Below are positions 14,301 through 28,597 of a stretch of DNA of 64,000 nucleotides, in pieces. A program made the translations under genes and the position numbers. How positions within the stretch are numbered: position 1 is the stretch's first letter; every line of letters begins with the position of its first letter. The DNA comes from the human T2T-CHM13v2.0 reference genome, Homo sapiens: assembly GCF_009914755.1 (NCBI RefSeq), contig NC_060926.1. One strand, 5' to 3'. The notes under the pieces are model-generated. The model searched no databases, was not told the origin of the DNA, and was given only the letters and a program-made list of their open reading frames with translations.

Positions 14301-15079
14301 GAGACACTTAACCTAACATTGTATTTAGTGAAAAGTGTTGTCTGCCAAGACGCAGGCAAAGGAGACATTCACCCTATCCAGGCTTCACATGTTGGACAAG
14401 CAAAAACCATGATAAATATCCATTGCACATGCTACAAGGAAAATTATACTTCACATGTCAAATAATTATGTCTGTGTAGTAAGCATATTAATTTTTGAAA
14501 CTTGGAGAATGAAACAGAGGGAAATGTATTGAACATTATCTTTTTGAAACTTTTTTATCAAATAAGGTATAGATCAATTAATATTTTCTATTATATAAGA
14601 TGTGGAAGAAGGATAGTATTTCCTTCATCATTTTTAACCCTCTGCCTTTAAAAAGCATTATTATATTTATTAATGAAAGCCATTTTAACACTAATACTAA
14701 TGCAGCACAAAGCTATAGCTATGGAGAAGTTAATTTTATGCTTAACATTGTTCTAAGTGTTTCACATGTATTAACTAACTCATTTAACTCTATTGATTCA
14801 TTTCATTTAGCAGAGTTTCTAGGGGTTTCTGAAATCACTTGGAAAAATAAGTCATTTAAACTTCAAGTGAAGTTACTAGCATCATTAAGCCTCATTAAAT
14901 GCTAGAAGAATCTAGAACTGCCCAATATCCCATGCTAAAATTTATTCTTTAAAATTGGCATCATTTTCTGTAAAAGAAGTGAATCTTATTTCATAGTGCA
15001 TGTTTGTTGCCCTAACTCAAAGATGACTGTAATGTGATCAAAATAATACTATATATATGCAATCTTTAAATAAAGCATT

Positions 15080-15587
15080 TATATTAGTCAGGGTTCTCTA
15101 GAGGGACAGAACTAATAGGCTAGATGTATATATAAAGAGGAATTTATTAAGGAGTATTGATGCACATGATCATAAGGTAAGGTCTCACAATAGGCCGTCT
15201 GCAAGCTGAGGAGCAAGGAAGCCAGTTTGAGTCCCAAAACCTCAAAAGTAGGGAAGCTGACAGTGCAACCTTCAGTCTGTGGTCAAAGGTCCAAGAGTCC
15301 CAAAGCTGAAGAACTTGGAGTCAGATGCTCAAGGGCAGGAAGCATCCAGCATGGGAGAAAGATGGAGGCCAGAGACTACGTCAGTCTAGTCTTTCCAAGA
15401 TCTTCTGCCTGCTTTTATCCTAGCAGCTGATTAGATGGTGCCCACCCAGATTGAGGATGGACCTGTATCTCCCAGTTCACTGAATCAAATGTTAATTTCC
15501 TTTGGCAACACCTTCACAGACACACCCAGGAACAATACTTCATATCCTTCAATCCAATCAAGTTGACACTCAATGTTAACTATCACA
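15080..15587 (-). mobile_element. MLT2A (HERV-L) solo LTR, MLT2A2-like
   Basis: tattagtcagggttctctagagggacagaactaatagg...caatccaatcaagttgacactca...tatcaca; perfect 5-bp TSD gcatt (15075-79 and 15588-92). Confidence 0.95.
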
Positions 15588-16289
15588 GCATTCCTAGTAA
15601 ATTTACAAATGGTAACTGAAAAAACATCCAATTTGGAAATCTTTAGGGTAACATGATTTAATAGGCTAAAATTATACACCAGTTTGTTTTAATTACCACC
15701 ATTGTATCAAATAAATATAGTCCTTGAACTGTAGTCCACATAGTCTACTGCAGAGAAAATCTAAATCACACATAATCCCAAGACATAGGGCACTGGTTGT
15801 CTACACAATATTCATAATCTTCTCATTTACCAAGAGAACTCCAGTAATGTACCCAGCTAAAAGAAAACATTCTTCAGCCTCACAACAAATTACAGGCAGC
15901 AATCATAGGATGGTGTTCTAGGAAAATTCTTTTTCCCCTAGTCTTCCTTTTTGGCTCTTTTGGTCATTTCCCCTTTCCTTCCTACTATCTGCCTGAAAGG
16001 TACATATAATGACTAGACCTCTAACAGTCAGTTTTAGGCTATAAGATGACACTGAGGATCGAAGCCATGAGCTAAAAATGGCAGAGCAGAAAGAAGGAGA
16101 CTGGGTCCCTGGACAGAGCGTGGAGACACTGTATCTACCCTAGGCTGCCACCTCTGTTCTTATATATCAAGGTAGATACATAAATTCTATCTTGCCTTGA
16201 TCATTTTAAATAGTCTAATATCTACCTAGCAATTTACCATTGAAAATATTTCCCACATATATTACCTCCTTTCAAAATTCTAATAACCT

Positions 16290-16430
16290 CAAAAGACAAA
16301 ACTATCCTCGTTTTATAGATGTTGAAGCAGTTTCAGATGCTAATTGACTTGCTCAGGATTATAGAACAAGTAAATAGAACACCTTTGATGTGGACTTCAG
16401 GTCTCTAAACTCAGATTCTATCTCCACTAA
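16290..16430 (-). mobile_element. MIR fragment
   Basis: atcctcgttttatagatgttgaagcag...ttgacttgctcagg is the antisense MIR core. Confidence 0.65.
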
Positions 16431-17254
16431 AGTGTATCGCATTATCAGAGAGATTCCCCACCTGTCCCCTCCCCACAAGGTTAAATTTCTTAAAATATAT
16501 AGTCAGATTTTTAGCCTGTAACAAGTAAATTTATTTACTTATTCTTTATATTAACAACTCCAATGTAATGAGAAAACATTTTATTCGCAACTTCATGGCC
16601 ATGGGGCAATGAGAAACACAACAGTTTGAAGATGATTTGCTGGGTTGCCCGAAGTCTTTGTCAAATTCATTTTAGAAGACTTCCAGTTATCTGACTCAGT
16701 GGCCCAAAAGAAGCCAATTACAGAGACACAACATGAGTGGAAGGAATTAAAATGATAGGAAGAAATGAAAGTCTTAAGATCCATGATTTACTGGGGATGT
16801 AGGTACAATATGGAGACTAAAAGGAAAAGACTTTGTCCGAATATTAAATAATAGTGGCATTTTAGTATAAATTATTTGTATAATTAGATACATAGTCTAA
16901 GCTTGGAAGCTTAGAACTTTTTGCTTTTACTTTCTCTATATAAACAAACACTTTGAAGCATGAACTGTGCAGTTTTAGAACAGTCAATTGGTCGTGATTT
17001 TATGTATCCATTGGTAGTAGGCAACCAGTCTCTACTATCTGTATTACATGAGAGAGAGAAAGGTGAAGAATGGGCCCTGGATTCAAACTACAAAGTCAAA
17101 AATTGAACTAGTGACTAGAATAGCTTAACCATTTTTATTCTACATAAGTAAAAATTAATAACTCTAGAAATGAAGAACCATATAAAACAGAGTAAGGTAT
17201 ACCCACCATAATAAGGCGTTTAAGTGAATCTTAAAAGAAATGCAAAGAATCTAG

Positions 17255-17640
17255 TATAGTAAACCAGTAAACGGTAGACTTTGTTATCAGGAAGACCTAG
17301 GATAGAATACTGACTTTCCTGCTAGTGACTCTGTGGCCTTGGGCAAGTCATGTAACCTCTCTAAGCCTTGCTTTCCTCACCTGTTAAATGAGTATGATAA
17401 AAGTGTCTCAAAAAGTTACTGTGAGCTGGGCATGGTGGCATGTATCTATAGTCCCAGCTACTTAGTAGGCTTAGGTGGAAAGATTGCTTGAGCATCTTGG
17501 ACAACATAACAAGACCTCATCTCTCTAAAAAAAATTTTAAAAATTCAAAAATTGTTTTTAAAGTCATTGTAATTAAAGAGATAAAGCTTGGTGGGTAGTA
17601 AGTGGGATAAGTGCTCAAAAATGGTATCATGATTATCATT
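17255..17640 (+). mobile_element. MIR interrupted by an Alu monomer
   Basis: tgtggccttgggcaagtcatgtaacctctctaagccttgctttcctcacctgttaaatg; resumes after 17560 (gagataa...taagtgctcaaaaatg). Confidence 0.8.
17424..17540 (+). mobile_element. Free Alu monomer (FLAM/FRAM-like)
   Basis: gctgggcatggtggcatg...tagtcccagctact...gacaacataacaagacctcatctc plus an A-rich tail. Confidence 0.85.
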
Positions 17641-20600
17641 TTCTAGATAAATCATAATTAGAATTTTTTTCTAATTTTGGAGTCTTCTCATAGACTTCTT
17701 AGGTCAATAAGGTATAATTTACTCAAAGATATCCCCAAATAGTATTAGCATAATACTATTTAGTATAATACTAATTAGTATAATCGACTTATTTGAGTAT
17801 ACATACAAGTGTGTCCAAAATATCTTGATCAAAACCAGTGTGGGTTATCATTTTGGGCTTGTTGTTGTTTTGTAACTTAGCCCAAAATAGACTGTATCTT
17901 TCTCTCTCTGAAATACAGATATTATTTGAGGCAAGAGTAGGTAATACTAAGATGGGATTTTTTTTTCCCTGAAATCTATCTTTCTGAACCATCTGATCTC
18001 TTAAAGTACCGAAAAAATGATTTATTACAATAAATAGCCTTAAAGATAAAAAAGAATGAGATTAAATTCTGACTACTAAGGAGAGACATTTCATCTTTCT
18101 TGATTTCAACAGGGCTGGAAAAATATCAAATTTGAAATAGGAAAATACACCAAGTATTCTCCCGTCCTTTGGCCACTAAATGTTAGAAGTGTAGCTGTAC
18201 TGAGGACAGGAGGCATAAGAGAAAGTACACTGCCATATAAAGTGCCTCCTAACCCACTGTTGGATTTTCATAAGGTTGTGGTGATGTTTCTTGGGGTTAT
18301 CCAGATTCCTCCATTAACTGATTGATACATTATATCTAATCAAACTGCCATCTCCTGGTACACAAGTTATTTCCTGGATCCTGTTTGAAGTCCACTGGAA
18401 GTCTCCACTCGTTAATGCTTAGCTGTGTAGTGCCTTTGTAATAAAGACAATGATGCTGCTGCTTTCCAGAAGCACCTCAGCACAGAACGACGCCAAGTTA
18501 CATGTGCATTTTAACCACTGGCTCTGGAGCAAGGCATTTAAATGAGAAAACTGAAAATTAAAAACTCATTAATTTAGAAGACACTTTTGCTGAGTATCAG
18601 GCAGTATGGACAAAACAGAAGACTACCTATGAAAGAAAAGTTAACTGCAGAAATTACAATGACAAACAGGAATCCAGGGGAAATATTTAAGATAATTTAT
18701 ATTTAAGCCTTCAGAAGAATAGATAGGCTAATTACAAATATTTTTAAATCTATTCAACAAAATATTTTGAAGAACTTTTAAAATGATCTGAATAGCCTAG
18801 GTTGACATCATCTCATTCTCAAAATACTAAAATTTATGTCTTTTAAAATGTTATATAATGAAGATCACTCTTCTCCAAGTTAATCTGAATATTTTACAAT
18901 TTTTTAAAAGAAATAGGCAAAAAATTATTATAATTGATCAAATATTAAATTGCATATGTTTGGAAATATTTATTGTGTTCTTTTAAAAATATGTTCACAT
19001 ATGTATGTACACATGCATATGTACACATACTCAAGTATACATCTACCCAGAGACACATATGTATATATATGCTGCTTATTTCATTCATTGGATGAACTGA
19101 AAAATAAGTGAGGGTCACAGAATCACTTGAGAAACTAAATGCAAATATCAAAGAATACCTTATCAGTAAAAACAGACAAAAGCTTCAAATAGAATAACCA
19201 TACAGAGTAGCCAATACAATTTTTAAACAATTTTGGCAGGCATATCTAAAATACGTGCTGGGAAGGTAAGTCCGCCCATCTTTTCAGAAAAAGACAGAGG
19301 TGAACCAAATGCACAATACAGACACAAAGTCAGTACCCAGAAGTAGATTTGAAGAGGAGAAAAGGATCACAAATCCCAGAGACGTCTTTACATATATTTT
19401 GATGTTTTCCTTTTGTGTACGGTATTGATGAGTGTGTCGTGTGCTCATTGAGAAACCAGCCCTCAGTAATTGTCAGGGATCTTCATTCTGAGTGCAGACT
19501 CTACTGGAAATTAATTGCTTCGGTGCAATCTGAACCACATCATAAATGTCATGTAGAAGTTGCAGGGAGTGAGGAGGCAGTGACAGCTCAATCCACACTG
19601 TTTCATTTAAAGGTGGGTAAAACACACTGCGACAGAAGTGCTCTTCATCAATAATTTAGTCCGCAGTGTAAAGCCAAGCCGTGCCAAAGATGCCAGGGGA
19701 GCCGCTGCCTCCCTGGTTTTAATGACACCAGCAGGGAGGGGTTGAGGGGCCAGCTCAAATCAACATTCACTGCACATCTGGGCATGTCGGCAGATGAAGA
19801 TATCAAGGACTGAGCTGACAGGACAAAGGGTTGAAAAAAGAAGTGTAACCTAGAAAACCTTTACTTTGAATTCTTTGTATAAATTCAAGGGAGATGACAG
19901 TTCCTAAGGTCATCTTATATAATAAAACTTCAGTGATCTACATAGAGAATTTTAACCCTTTCTACCATGTAATCAAAGAAGATAAAAGTTTAGTTTCTAT
20001 CATTCACTTTACGACTCTAAAATATTCCCATTTGTTCCCCGCAATAAGACTTCTGCGATGAGTCAAACGCTAACCAGAATTGCATGATTTCATCTCATGA
20101 ACCCTAATTACAGCTTCTCAGAAGCCACACTACAGTTGGAGGTCACTCCAAGATCCTCTTAACTTAGGGGAGTTTAATATCTTGGCTATTTCACAATGTG
20201 TTTGCCTGAAACTCAAAATTTAGTTTGGGAGCTCCCACTGTAATATAAAGGAAATAATGTAAAATGGCACAACCATCCCTTCTTTATCGTACCTTCTTTT
20301 AAAAAAAAAAAAAAAAGGAAGGAGGTGTATGTGTTCTCACTACCTAAAGAACGCTGTTCGTGGGATTCTAGTGCAAAAGTTTGAATCGAGTTTGAAAATG
20401 AGGATTATATGAATTATATGAGTGGCAATTTTGTCCTGCTCTTTTGAGGACACCAGCATTCCCAGGTTGTGCTATTCTTGGAACCCCAGAGACCAAATTC
20501 AATTATCTCATCCTATGTTTTGTATATTTAGAGGACATCACAGCCTCACAAAGGGCTGATTGGATTCTCATTCTCACACTAAGGAAAGTCAGCCCTCATT

Positions 20601-21342
20601 GAAGGAAATTTACTGAGTTTCCATTTTCCCCCAATGGTTTTCACTATAAAAAAATGAAATTAGTAACATTATTAATGCTAATCAGTTAAAAGTTTAAAAT
20701 ATTTAGCTATATAAATGAAAAATAAAAGACAATCAGTATATGTGATTTATAAAGAAAAAAATAAGAGTGTGAAATGAATTTCAAATTTACTACTCTGATA
20801 ATATTTAGCCTCCTTCAGGTGACTAGTAGTCAGGTTTTATTCAAAATGAAGAATGTGTGAGAAAGTGGTAGCCATATTAGTTTGAAAGTGTGGGTTCATG
20901 GGATAGTATATCTTATTAAGCTAATAAATATAAATCCCCAAGAATTCCTAAGCACGACCAGTCCATCTTGAAGTCAAGGTAGAAAGTATGTAACACAATT
21001 GAAAGCACATTTCTAAAATGTCTTATAGGAATCAGTGCACCCATTGCTAGTTATAACATTCAGGAACAACACACGAGAACTTTAAATCATTACTGCAGAT
21101 CACTTCATCACAGTATATCCCTCCAGTCTAAATTTCTGATATCAAGCAAAGGTTATAAATCTCACCATTAATATGCTAATTTTTCTATAAACTTAAGAAG
21201 AGGACTGCCAAAAATATCGAAGATATACAGCTAGACAATTCTATAGGATTTAGATTTGACTGGCTGAACAGACACAATTCAACCCAACTCTTGAGATGGG
21301 GTTTCCCAATGGAAGAAAATGCAAGTCGGTGAAAGGTCTTAC

Positions 21343-21396
21343 CAGAAAGAAACGTGACTTTGATATCAAATCCTCAGCTAAAGTATGTAACAGAGT
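21343..21396 (-). pseudogene. Candidate coding or fossil exon, 54 nt (35 nt from an alternative acceptor at 21377, same frame)
   Basis: Acceptor aatctaattacag| or ttacatactttag|; strong donor CTG|gtaaga; open frame TLLHTLAEDLISKSRFFL ends in phase 0, matching the 12155 exon. Confidence 0.4.
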
Positions 21397-21659
21397 CTGT
21401 AATTAGATTAATAATTGTCAAATCAAAAAACTTGTTTTAGCGCATGTAAATTTTCCACCCTTTGTAGCTGATAAAATAGACACAGTTCGTCAATAAAAGT
21501 CATATTTTACTTCAGTTAGACCGATCCCACCATTTTTGGCTTTCTTCATTGCGTTACTATAGTTAAGGTAGAAAAATGATTTAATTCCATTTTAAAAAAA
21601 CAAAAACATTCTTATCTACCAAGAAGATACATCAGAGAGAAAGCTATTGTCTTCGAATG

Positions 21660-21740
21660 TATTAAACTGAACATACGAAATTGTCGATACTTGATTTCTT
21701 TACCTACAAAAACGCAGTTTCATATGGCTTAACCTAGTAA
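21660..21740. mobile_element. MADE2 mariner-derived MITE
   Basis: About 80-bp quasi-palindrome tattaaactgaacatacgaaattg...cagtttcatatggcttaacctagta. Confidence 0.7.
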
Positions 21741-23018
21741 TTCTTCACCTAATAAAAATTTCATAAAAACTTCACTTAAATAAAAATCCTAATGGAGTGT
21801 TTAAATATTTGTAAAACCATCCATTCAACAATATTTGAAAAATTTCGAAGCACTACTATGCATCAAGCACTGTCATTGGCCCTGTTTTTTTGTGGTTGTT
21901 GTTTTTGTAAAAAATGCAACTAGTAATGAGAATGCTTGCTTCTTAGAAACAAATTGAGAGATATTAGGAAATGAATGAATTTAATGCCAAGATATTTGGA
22001 TTTTTGTTAAATGACAATTCATAGGAAATGACCAAATAGTGTCTTTGAAATTATCTCAGTTTACAGGAAAGAAAATGTGAGTGATAATGATTTTTCTACT
22101 CTTATATTTTTAGTGTCCATAAAAGCACAATCATGAGGCCAATTTACGTAGAAAACTGCCACAACCTGCTGGTGGCAAAAAAGACCTGGTGGGAGGATAT
22201 TTCAGATAGGCTATTTAAACTAAAATAAAAATGGCAGTTGTTACAAATTTCAAATTAATGTCCACTTTCTAAACCAAAGATGCTCAACTGTCTCTCCATA
22301 TTCACATGTATGAGTCCCCTGAACTCCAGATGGAAACGGATGTTATAATTATCACGGGATTGTTGTAGCTTTAAATGGGAATGGAAGATAATCATGCTGA
22401 AGTGTCAGATCCAAAGGATGGCTGCTTTTAAAAAGCCCATTAAACAATATTATTCAATGTTAATGGTAGCATTATCAGAAGGTCTTTGATAATGTAGCTG
22501 CCAATTGTGCTCTCTTGATTTGTAACTTTCTTTGAGGGCTTGGGGAACATGAGCTGTTTAAAGCACCTTTTTAAAAAGCTCCTAATTCCTTTCTGACTTT
22601 GACTATTCTCTTTTTCACCGAGGAACTGAATGGAACCTGTAACTCTGATTAAAATGAACTTAGACTATACAGAAGGCCTGCCTTACAATTATATATGTGC
22701 CAAGATTAAAACTCAGATATCTTGTAGTCAACAGTACCAGGCTAAGTGGTAGGTAATAGAACTTCCATTCAAAACTTTAGAAAAAAGCAGAATGAGTATA
22801 GCCTTTACGGAGGGGTAGATAAAATACTTCAGAGGAGCAGATTTCTAACAGATAATTCTTTGCAGAAAAGTCACAACCATTCTAACACAACTAGCTATTT
22901 TAACAAACACTGGGGTGAGGAGTTTGCCACCTAAGTATTGCCCAAGACACATGACTGCATATTAGTGATGGTAGCAGATACATTTTTAATTAAATCTTCT
23001 TTTATTTAGAGCATTATG

Positions 23019-23161
23019 CAACACCTGGGTGACAGAGTGAGACTCCATGAAAAGAAAGAAAAGAAAAAGAAAGAAAGAGAGAAAGAGAGAGAGAGAGAAA
23101 GAAAGAGAGAAAGAGAGAGAGAAAGAGAAAGAAAAAAGAAAGAAAGAAAGAAGAAAGAAAG

Positions 23162-23203
<42 letters not shown>

Positions 23204-23290
23204 GAAGGAAGGAAGGAAGGAAGGAAGGAAGGAAGGAAGGAAGGAAGGAAGAAAGAAAAAGAAAGAGAGAAAGCAAGCAAGCAGGCAAGT
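23019..23290 (+). repeat. Alu 3'-end remnant followed by a GA-rich compound microsatellite (GAAA/GA/GGAA/AGCA)
   Basis: cctgggtgacagagtgagactccat then about 225 bp of pure purine repeats. Confidence 0.95.
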
Positions 23291-26200
23291 TTTTCCAGGG
23301 TGTGGATATTTTCGGCCAATGAGTTGAACACTCTTAAATAATAGCTATGTAGGCAGTGATGGATGAAGTGAACAACTTTATTCTAAGAAGTCAACTCTTT
23401 CTTCATTTAATCTCAACCTCCATGTAGAATCACAAGATGTACCCTAAGAGCAGACTTTCCTGCCAGGCCTGTTAGGGTTGAGAAGTAACACTGCTCTGGT
23501 CCCACTGGGCATCCACTCTACACACCAGGAAATTTAATTTGTCCTAAAGTGAAATATTTCCCAGAAGAGAAAAACATTCACCTGGACATTTCTTTCCTTG
23601 CCATCCTCTTCTGCACTCATGATGTAATATTCATGGTTATAAGGGAATGGGGGGTGGGAAAATGACTTGTTTATAGAAAGTAAAAGAAAAGGTGTAATTA
23701 GAAGATGGTAAGCAACTCAAGTCTCAGTTACCTTGACCAGTTTGTGAGATCTGGGGGAAAAGAAGGTGCTTTGGAGATCTGCAGAAAGGTCAAAGGAAAA
23801 TATGATGTGGGCAAGGGGTGAAGGGTATTTGAGACAAGCCAGGGAAGCAACATTTCAAATAGGCTTTTAAAATTCACTTGGGTTTGTACTATATGTCTCT
23901 TGAAAGAGTTAGAAGCCCAATATATAAAAAGCTGACTATTTATATATTTGATTCCTTAAAAGCAATGAGGAATACAAAGCAGATGGTCCAGCATTGTAGA
24001 TTTCCCTTTTCATATTGCTTAAACACTAGAGATCAATAAGTCTAATATAAACAGATGATTTCCATAGCAGGGTTTATAATTAGCTGGCACTGAATGTGTC
24101 CAAACTCTAAAATAATTAGCAGAAGCATGTGGCACACCATTAAAACCTTGTGGCTTGTCTGCATTTACATTTATAATTATTAAAGTTAATTATGATGCTT
24201 GTGTTATGGTTCCAAGCTCCTTTACAACTTAGATTAAATATTTTTTTAATCCCATAACTTCATTTCTAAACTTCCTTGAGCCTCTGGAAAACAGTGAAAT
24301 CATACAAAATAAGGAATGTATAGCTGCAGTTTTTTGCTCCAAAGGGTACTAGTCTGTCCTTATCATGAAAGATAGGCTCTTCTTAAAGAGCTGGCAGCTT
24401 TCTCAACTGATAACAATATTTCGATCTTGAATTTTAATTTGTTTGTAATGATGGGACAGGCAGAATAACACTGCTTACAAGTCTTTGGAGTGAAAGCTGT
24501 CATTTTTGAGAGCTAAATGAATGGCAAGTTAGTGTCAATATAGTCTCCTCAATTTATTATATAGTGAAAGAGAATTTAAAATAATATACATAATGGGCTT
24601 GGTTCAAGATCTAAAGATACTCTACATTATTTTAGAGTGCAGCTGATACTTCACAGGAAAGGAACAAACAGTTCACCTTTATTTTTAAAGTCCACATCCC
24701 CTGAAAAGGCTATTTAGCAAAGCCCTCCACTGTATTGGGAACCTTGGATACAACAAAACACGTAACACAGACTTTGCCTCCTCAGCCAGAACAATGACAG
24801 TCTTAGTCTCACCAACAGTCATACTAACCACAAGAGCATATTTCTTTAAAATTTGCCTCAAGAAATATGATGACATATTTTTGGTGATCTTATACTCAGG
24901 TGTCATTTATTGTCATTGCAACAACTGGCCAGTGTTCTTAACATAAATCTCATTAAATCTGGAAATTTTTTCATCTTTGGTCAAGAACATTTTAAGAAAT
25001 TTATATTCTATATCCTATCTAATACACCAGGCCATATTTAAAGACACAGTTCTTAACATATTTACAAGTCAGGAAATCAGAAAAGGAACATTAAATACCT
25101 TATTTGTCAGATCTGCTCATGTATATCTCTGTTACTATATTCAAGTTATCTGTAATCAATAAGTGTAACAAATGTGCTTTCTTTATAAAAGAGTCCATTG
25201 ACTTATATAGTTTAATGTGATTTATTAATATTTATTTTCTGGTTCTTTCCGTTTGCTAGAATTTTGCGTAAGTACCATACACAGTTGGCATCCTACAAAA
25301 CAAAAACAAAACAAAAAAATCCCTGTTTTTAGCTACTGTGCTTTTCAGATCATTTCTACTCAATTTTTACATGAGTTTAAATACAGTACACTCATTTATC
25401 TGCAAACTGTAAAAGACATAGCTATAAAATATCTAACTTCCAGTCTCATTTTTACCACATAGCTGAGAGAGATTTTAATAAAAATGACCATTTTTTTATA
25501 ATAAAGAAAAATCTTTTGTTTCATCACTTCTCCTGTTGCATCACTTACAGGTAAAAAAATTAAAATATACTTTACTCAAGCTATTAAGATTAGAATGAAA
25601 TTCATGTTAATTTCATTGCTAATGAAATATGTAGAGACATAAAGACACTGTCATTTTAACGTAGCAGTTAAAAAGGAAAGGATGTAATATCAGCAGGATG
25701 ATTTTAAAATTACTTATCATTTTAATAAAACTATTAAATAATTATGTCCAATGAAATTTTACACTCATTACTCTTTAAGAGATAAGAGAGGAACAGAAAA
25801 TGAAGAAAAGATGGAAGTTAGAATGAGATGGATTAAGGTGAGAAAAATCTCAAAATTGGAATGGTAAAAGAAAAGACACAAGAAAAGGTGTACATAGAAA
25901 GGGTCAAGGAGAAGATTAAGACTGTGGAATCCAGGTATTGGAAATATCTGCCCACTGGAAAAGATCATGAATTTTCCTCCTGCCCATGCTCATACTTGAA
26001 TAGGGCTTCAACAATCAGTGCAGTAATTTTTCCTCCAGAGCAAATATTCATACAATGTGCCTAGTATCACTGTAATAGAAATATGTATTATTACTTACAG
26101 TCTATGTTATATTTATGCTATGTATGTGTTTATCTGTGTATGGTATATATTTTTGCTCTGTGCTTCTCTTAAAATTTCCTGAGGGTACCTGCATTGAACT

Positions 26201-28537
26201 GTTAGTCATGTATTATTTTTCCTAGAAAAACCTAATACACATAACAATCTTTCTTAATTGTAGTATCCCAGGGAGAAAAACAAAAGCAAGTTTTTTTTAA
26301 AGTTCTTCATATTAAGATAAAGAGGACATTTTTATAAGAAATCTTGTGATATTAATACTTTGCATTCCCTGCAAATATCCATGTCATCATTCACAGAATT
26401 TAATTACAGAAACATGAATTATGCCATTATTCATCTGTATTATCAATAAGTTGCACTTTCTAGGTGTCTTATATGTTTGAGGCATTTTATTATATACTGC
26501 AGTCACTAAGATTAACCTCAAGTGACTCATAGCCCGATTTGGGACACAAAGTGTCATAAGCAATATGAGATGGTGCCTGCTCTGTAAGAAATACACAACA
26601 TAAACCATATGTAATAGACATGCAGAAAGAAAAATAATCACCCAGGAAACATTCACTGAAATAATGAAACTTGCAATATGGTTTTATAGAAGGACAGGAT
26701 ATCAAAGGGCCCAGATCCTGGGATATTGGGACAGGATTTTTCAAGCCAAATTTTTTAAAGGCATGGATTAAGGTATATAATATATTCAAAGAAAAAAGAT
26801 AAGCCTATTTGGAGAACTAGGGAGATGTCACCTTTAATAAGGTCCACAAGGAGTTTGTATTTCAATCATCAGGCAATAGAAATTTTTTTTCCTCACAACG
26901 TATATTATATAAAAAAAAATCAGCACAGTATTCAACTCCATTTTGTTTTTGTCAATATAGCCTTGCCTATAGAGAACAAAACTAAGGTCACAGCCTCCCT
27001 GCAGCTCAAGTGTTTTCATTTCTCAAATCTCCAACAAAAGACACTCATATTCCTTTCTCAGAAAACCCACATTCTTCTCTCAACTAGTTAAGTCTACTCT
27101 GTGTCCATCATACACTTTCTGGCCCACACTTTACTTTCCTCTGGCTCAGGCCAGACCAGGAGATGTCTGGAATATGACAAGGTAGTATGAGCCTGCCAGC
27201 TCTATTCTGTTAGCAAATTTATTTTCTTCTCTTAGACGGATGATAAAAATGTCACGGTGTGATGCTTTAGCAGGCCCAGGAGCTCCCACCTACAGCTGTG
27301 GGGCTTGAGTGGGACCTGAAGCCAAGAATGCCATAAGGAGCACAGACAGCAACTCCGCCATCACTGCTCCTCCTGCATTGCTCATTCTCCTGCTAAATGA
27401 TGCAATGGGACCCCCTCAGGGATTCTGAGTCTGATCATGTTTTTCTTGCTATTTTTTTACTTCCATCTTCCCTTCACTAAAGCAGCCCAAACTACTGAAT
27501 TTTTCATGAAACAGATAATATCATTGTACACAAGATAATGGCATTCAAATACATCCATCTGCTTGTTAGCTCTGACTACATTGATTGCAATTCTACTGAA
27601 AGAATATTTACCAAAAAAGTGATTTTTTTCTGCCTTTGCAGTATTAAAAAATGCACAGTTTCATAAGGGAACTATAGAGTCACTGGTATATACACAACCT
27701 AAGAGGGGAAAATGATCTGAGAAATTAAGCAGTGGTCCCTGGGGTGCATCCAAGAACAACAGTTTATATTATCTCAAAGACGGATTTGAAATCCAGATGA
27801 GTTTTATGACTCAATGATTTTGTTCTTCCATCAACTGAAGTATGGTTGGTGGAAAACTGTGTTTCACTGGCATGACAGACATGGCCCAGGCAGCTCCCCT
27901 AAAGGTTGGAAAATACACAGTCATGTCATTGTTCATCCTATCTAGAGTGGCCATGACTGGATGGAGCAGGATGGGAGAACAAGGCTCCAAGCTCCAAGAT
28001 TCTTCCGGTCGTCATGGGTGTTGGAGTGATAGGAAAGATGAAGAGAAGATCAGAGTAGAAGTGAGAAAAGGAGAAGGCAAAGGAAGTGTGTCCTTCTGAT
28101 CTGGCCTTTCATGGCCTCGAATTTGGTTTCTGATCCTAGGATGAATAATCATCAATCTGATTCAGATGAGGAGAGTTCACTACATTTTTTCACATCTCAG
28201 CTCAAAGGCAGAGTTTCTTTCTGTCTGTATCATGAAATGTTACTCAAGAATTCCTAAACACTATCTCAATTCTCCGATACACAAATGATACATTTATTCA
28301 TTTATTTACTCTGCTACTCTAATTGCCATTCTTACATTCAGAAGTCAAATGGAAAATTAATTCAGCATGTTGGTGTATGTGTAGCCATTATGTCATAAGA
28401 TGTTGTTTCCTCCATACTTTTTCTTTGTCCTATTCAACCACAGTCATGTCATATTAACTGGCTTGGATTCTTATTTGAATAATTGCTAAGACATTTTCTA
28501 ACTGGCATGAGATTTTTAATTGAATGTTCAATTAATT

Positions 28538-28597
28538 CAATTACCCCTAGCTTCCCTAAATTCTAGACAATTATCCCTAGCATCCTTAAATTCTAGA
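28538..28597. repeat. 30-bp tandem duplication
   Basis: caattacccctagcttccctaaattctaga / caattatccctagcatccttaaattctaga (3 mismatches). Confidence 0.9.

Noticed and set aside
17745-17785. Short AT-rich tandem repeat (tagtataatacta-like); similar duplication at 61307-61345
   Set aside because: Ordinary slippage products; too short and irregular to be a functional array.
18150-18560. Minus-strand acceptor near 18550 followed by unique sequence
   Set aside because: No convincing donor or open frame found.
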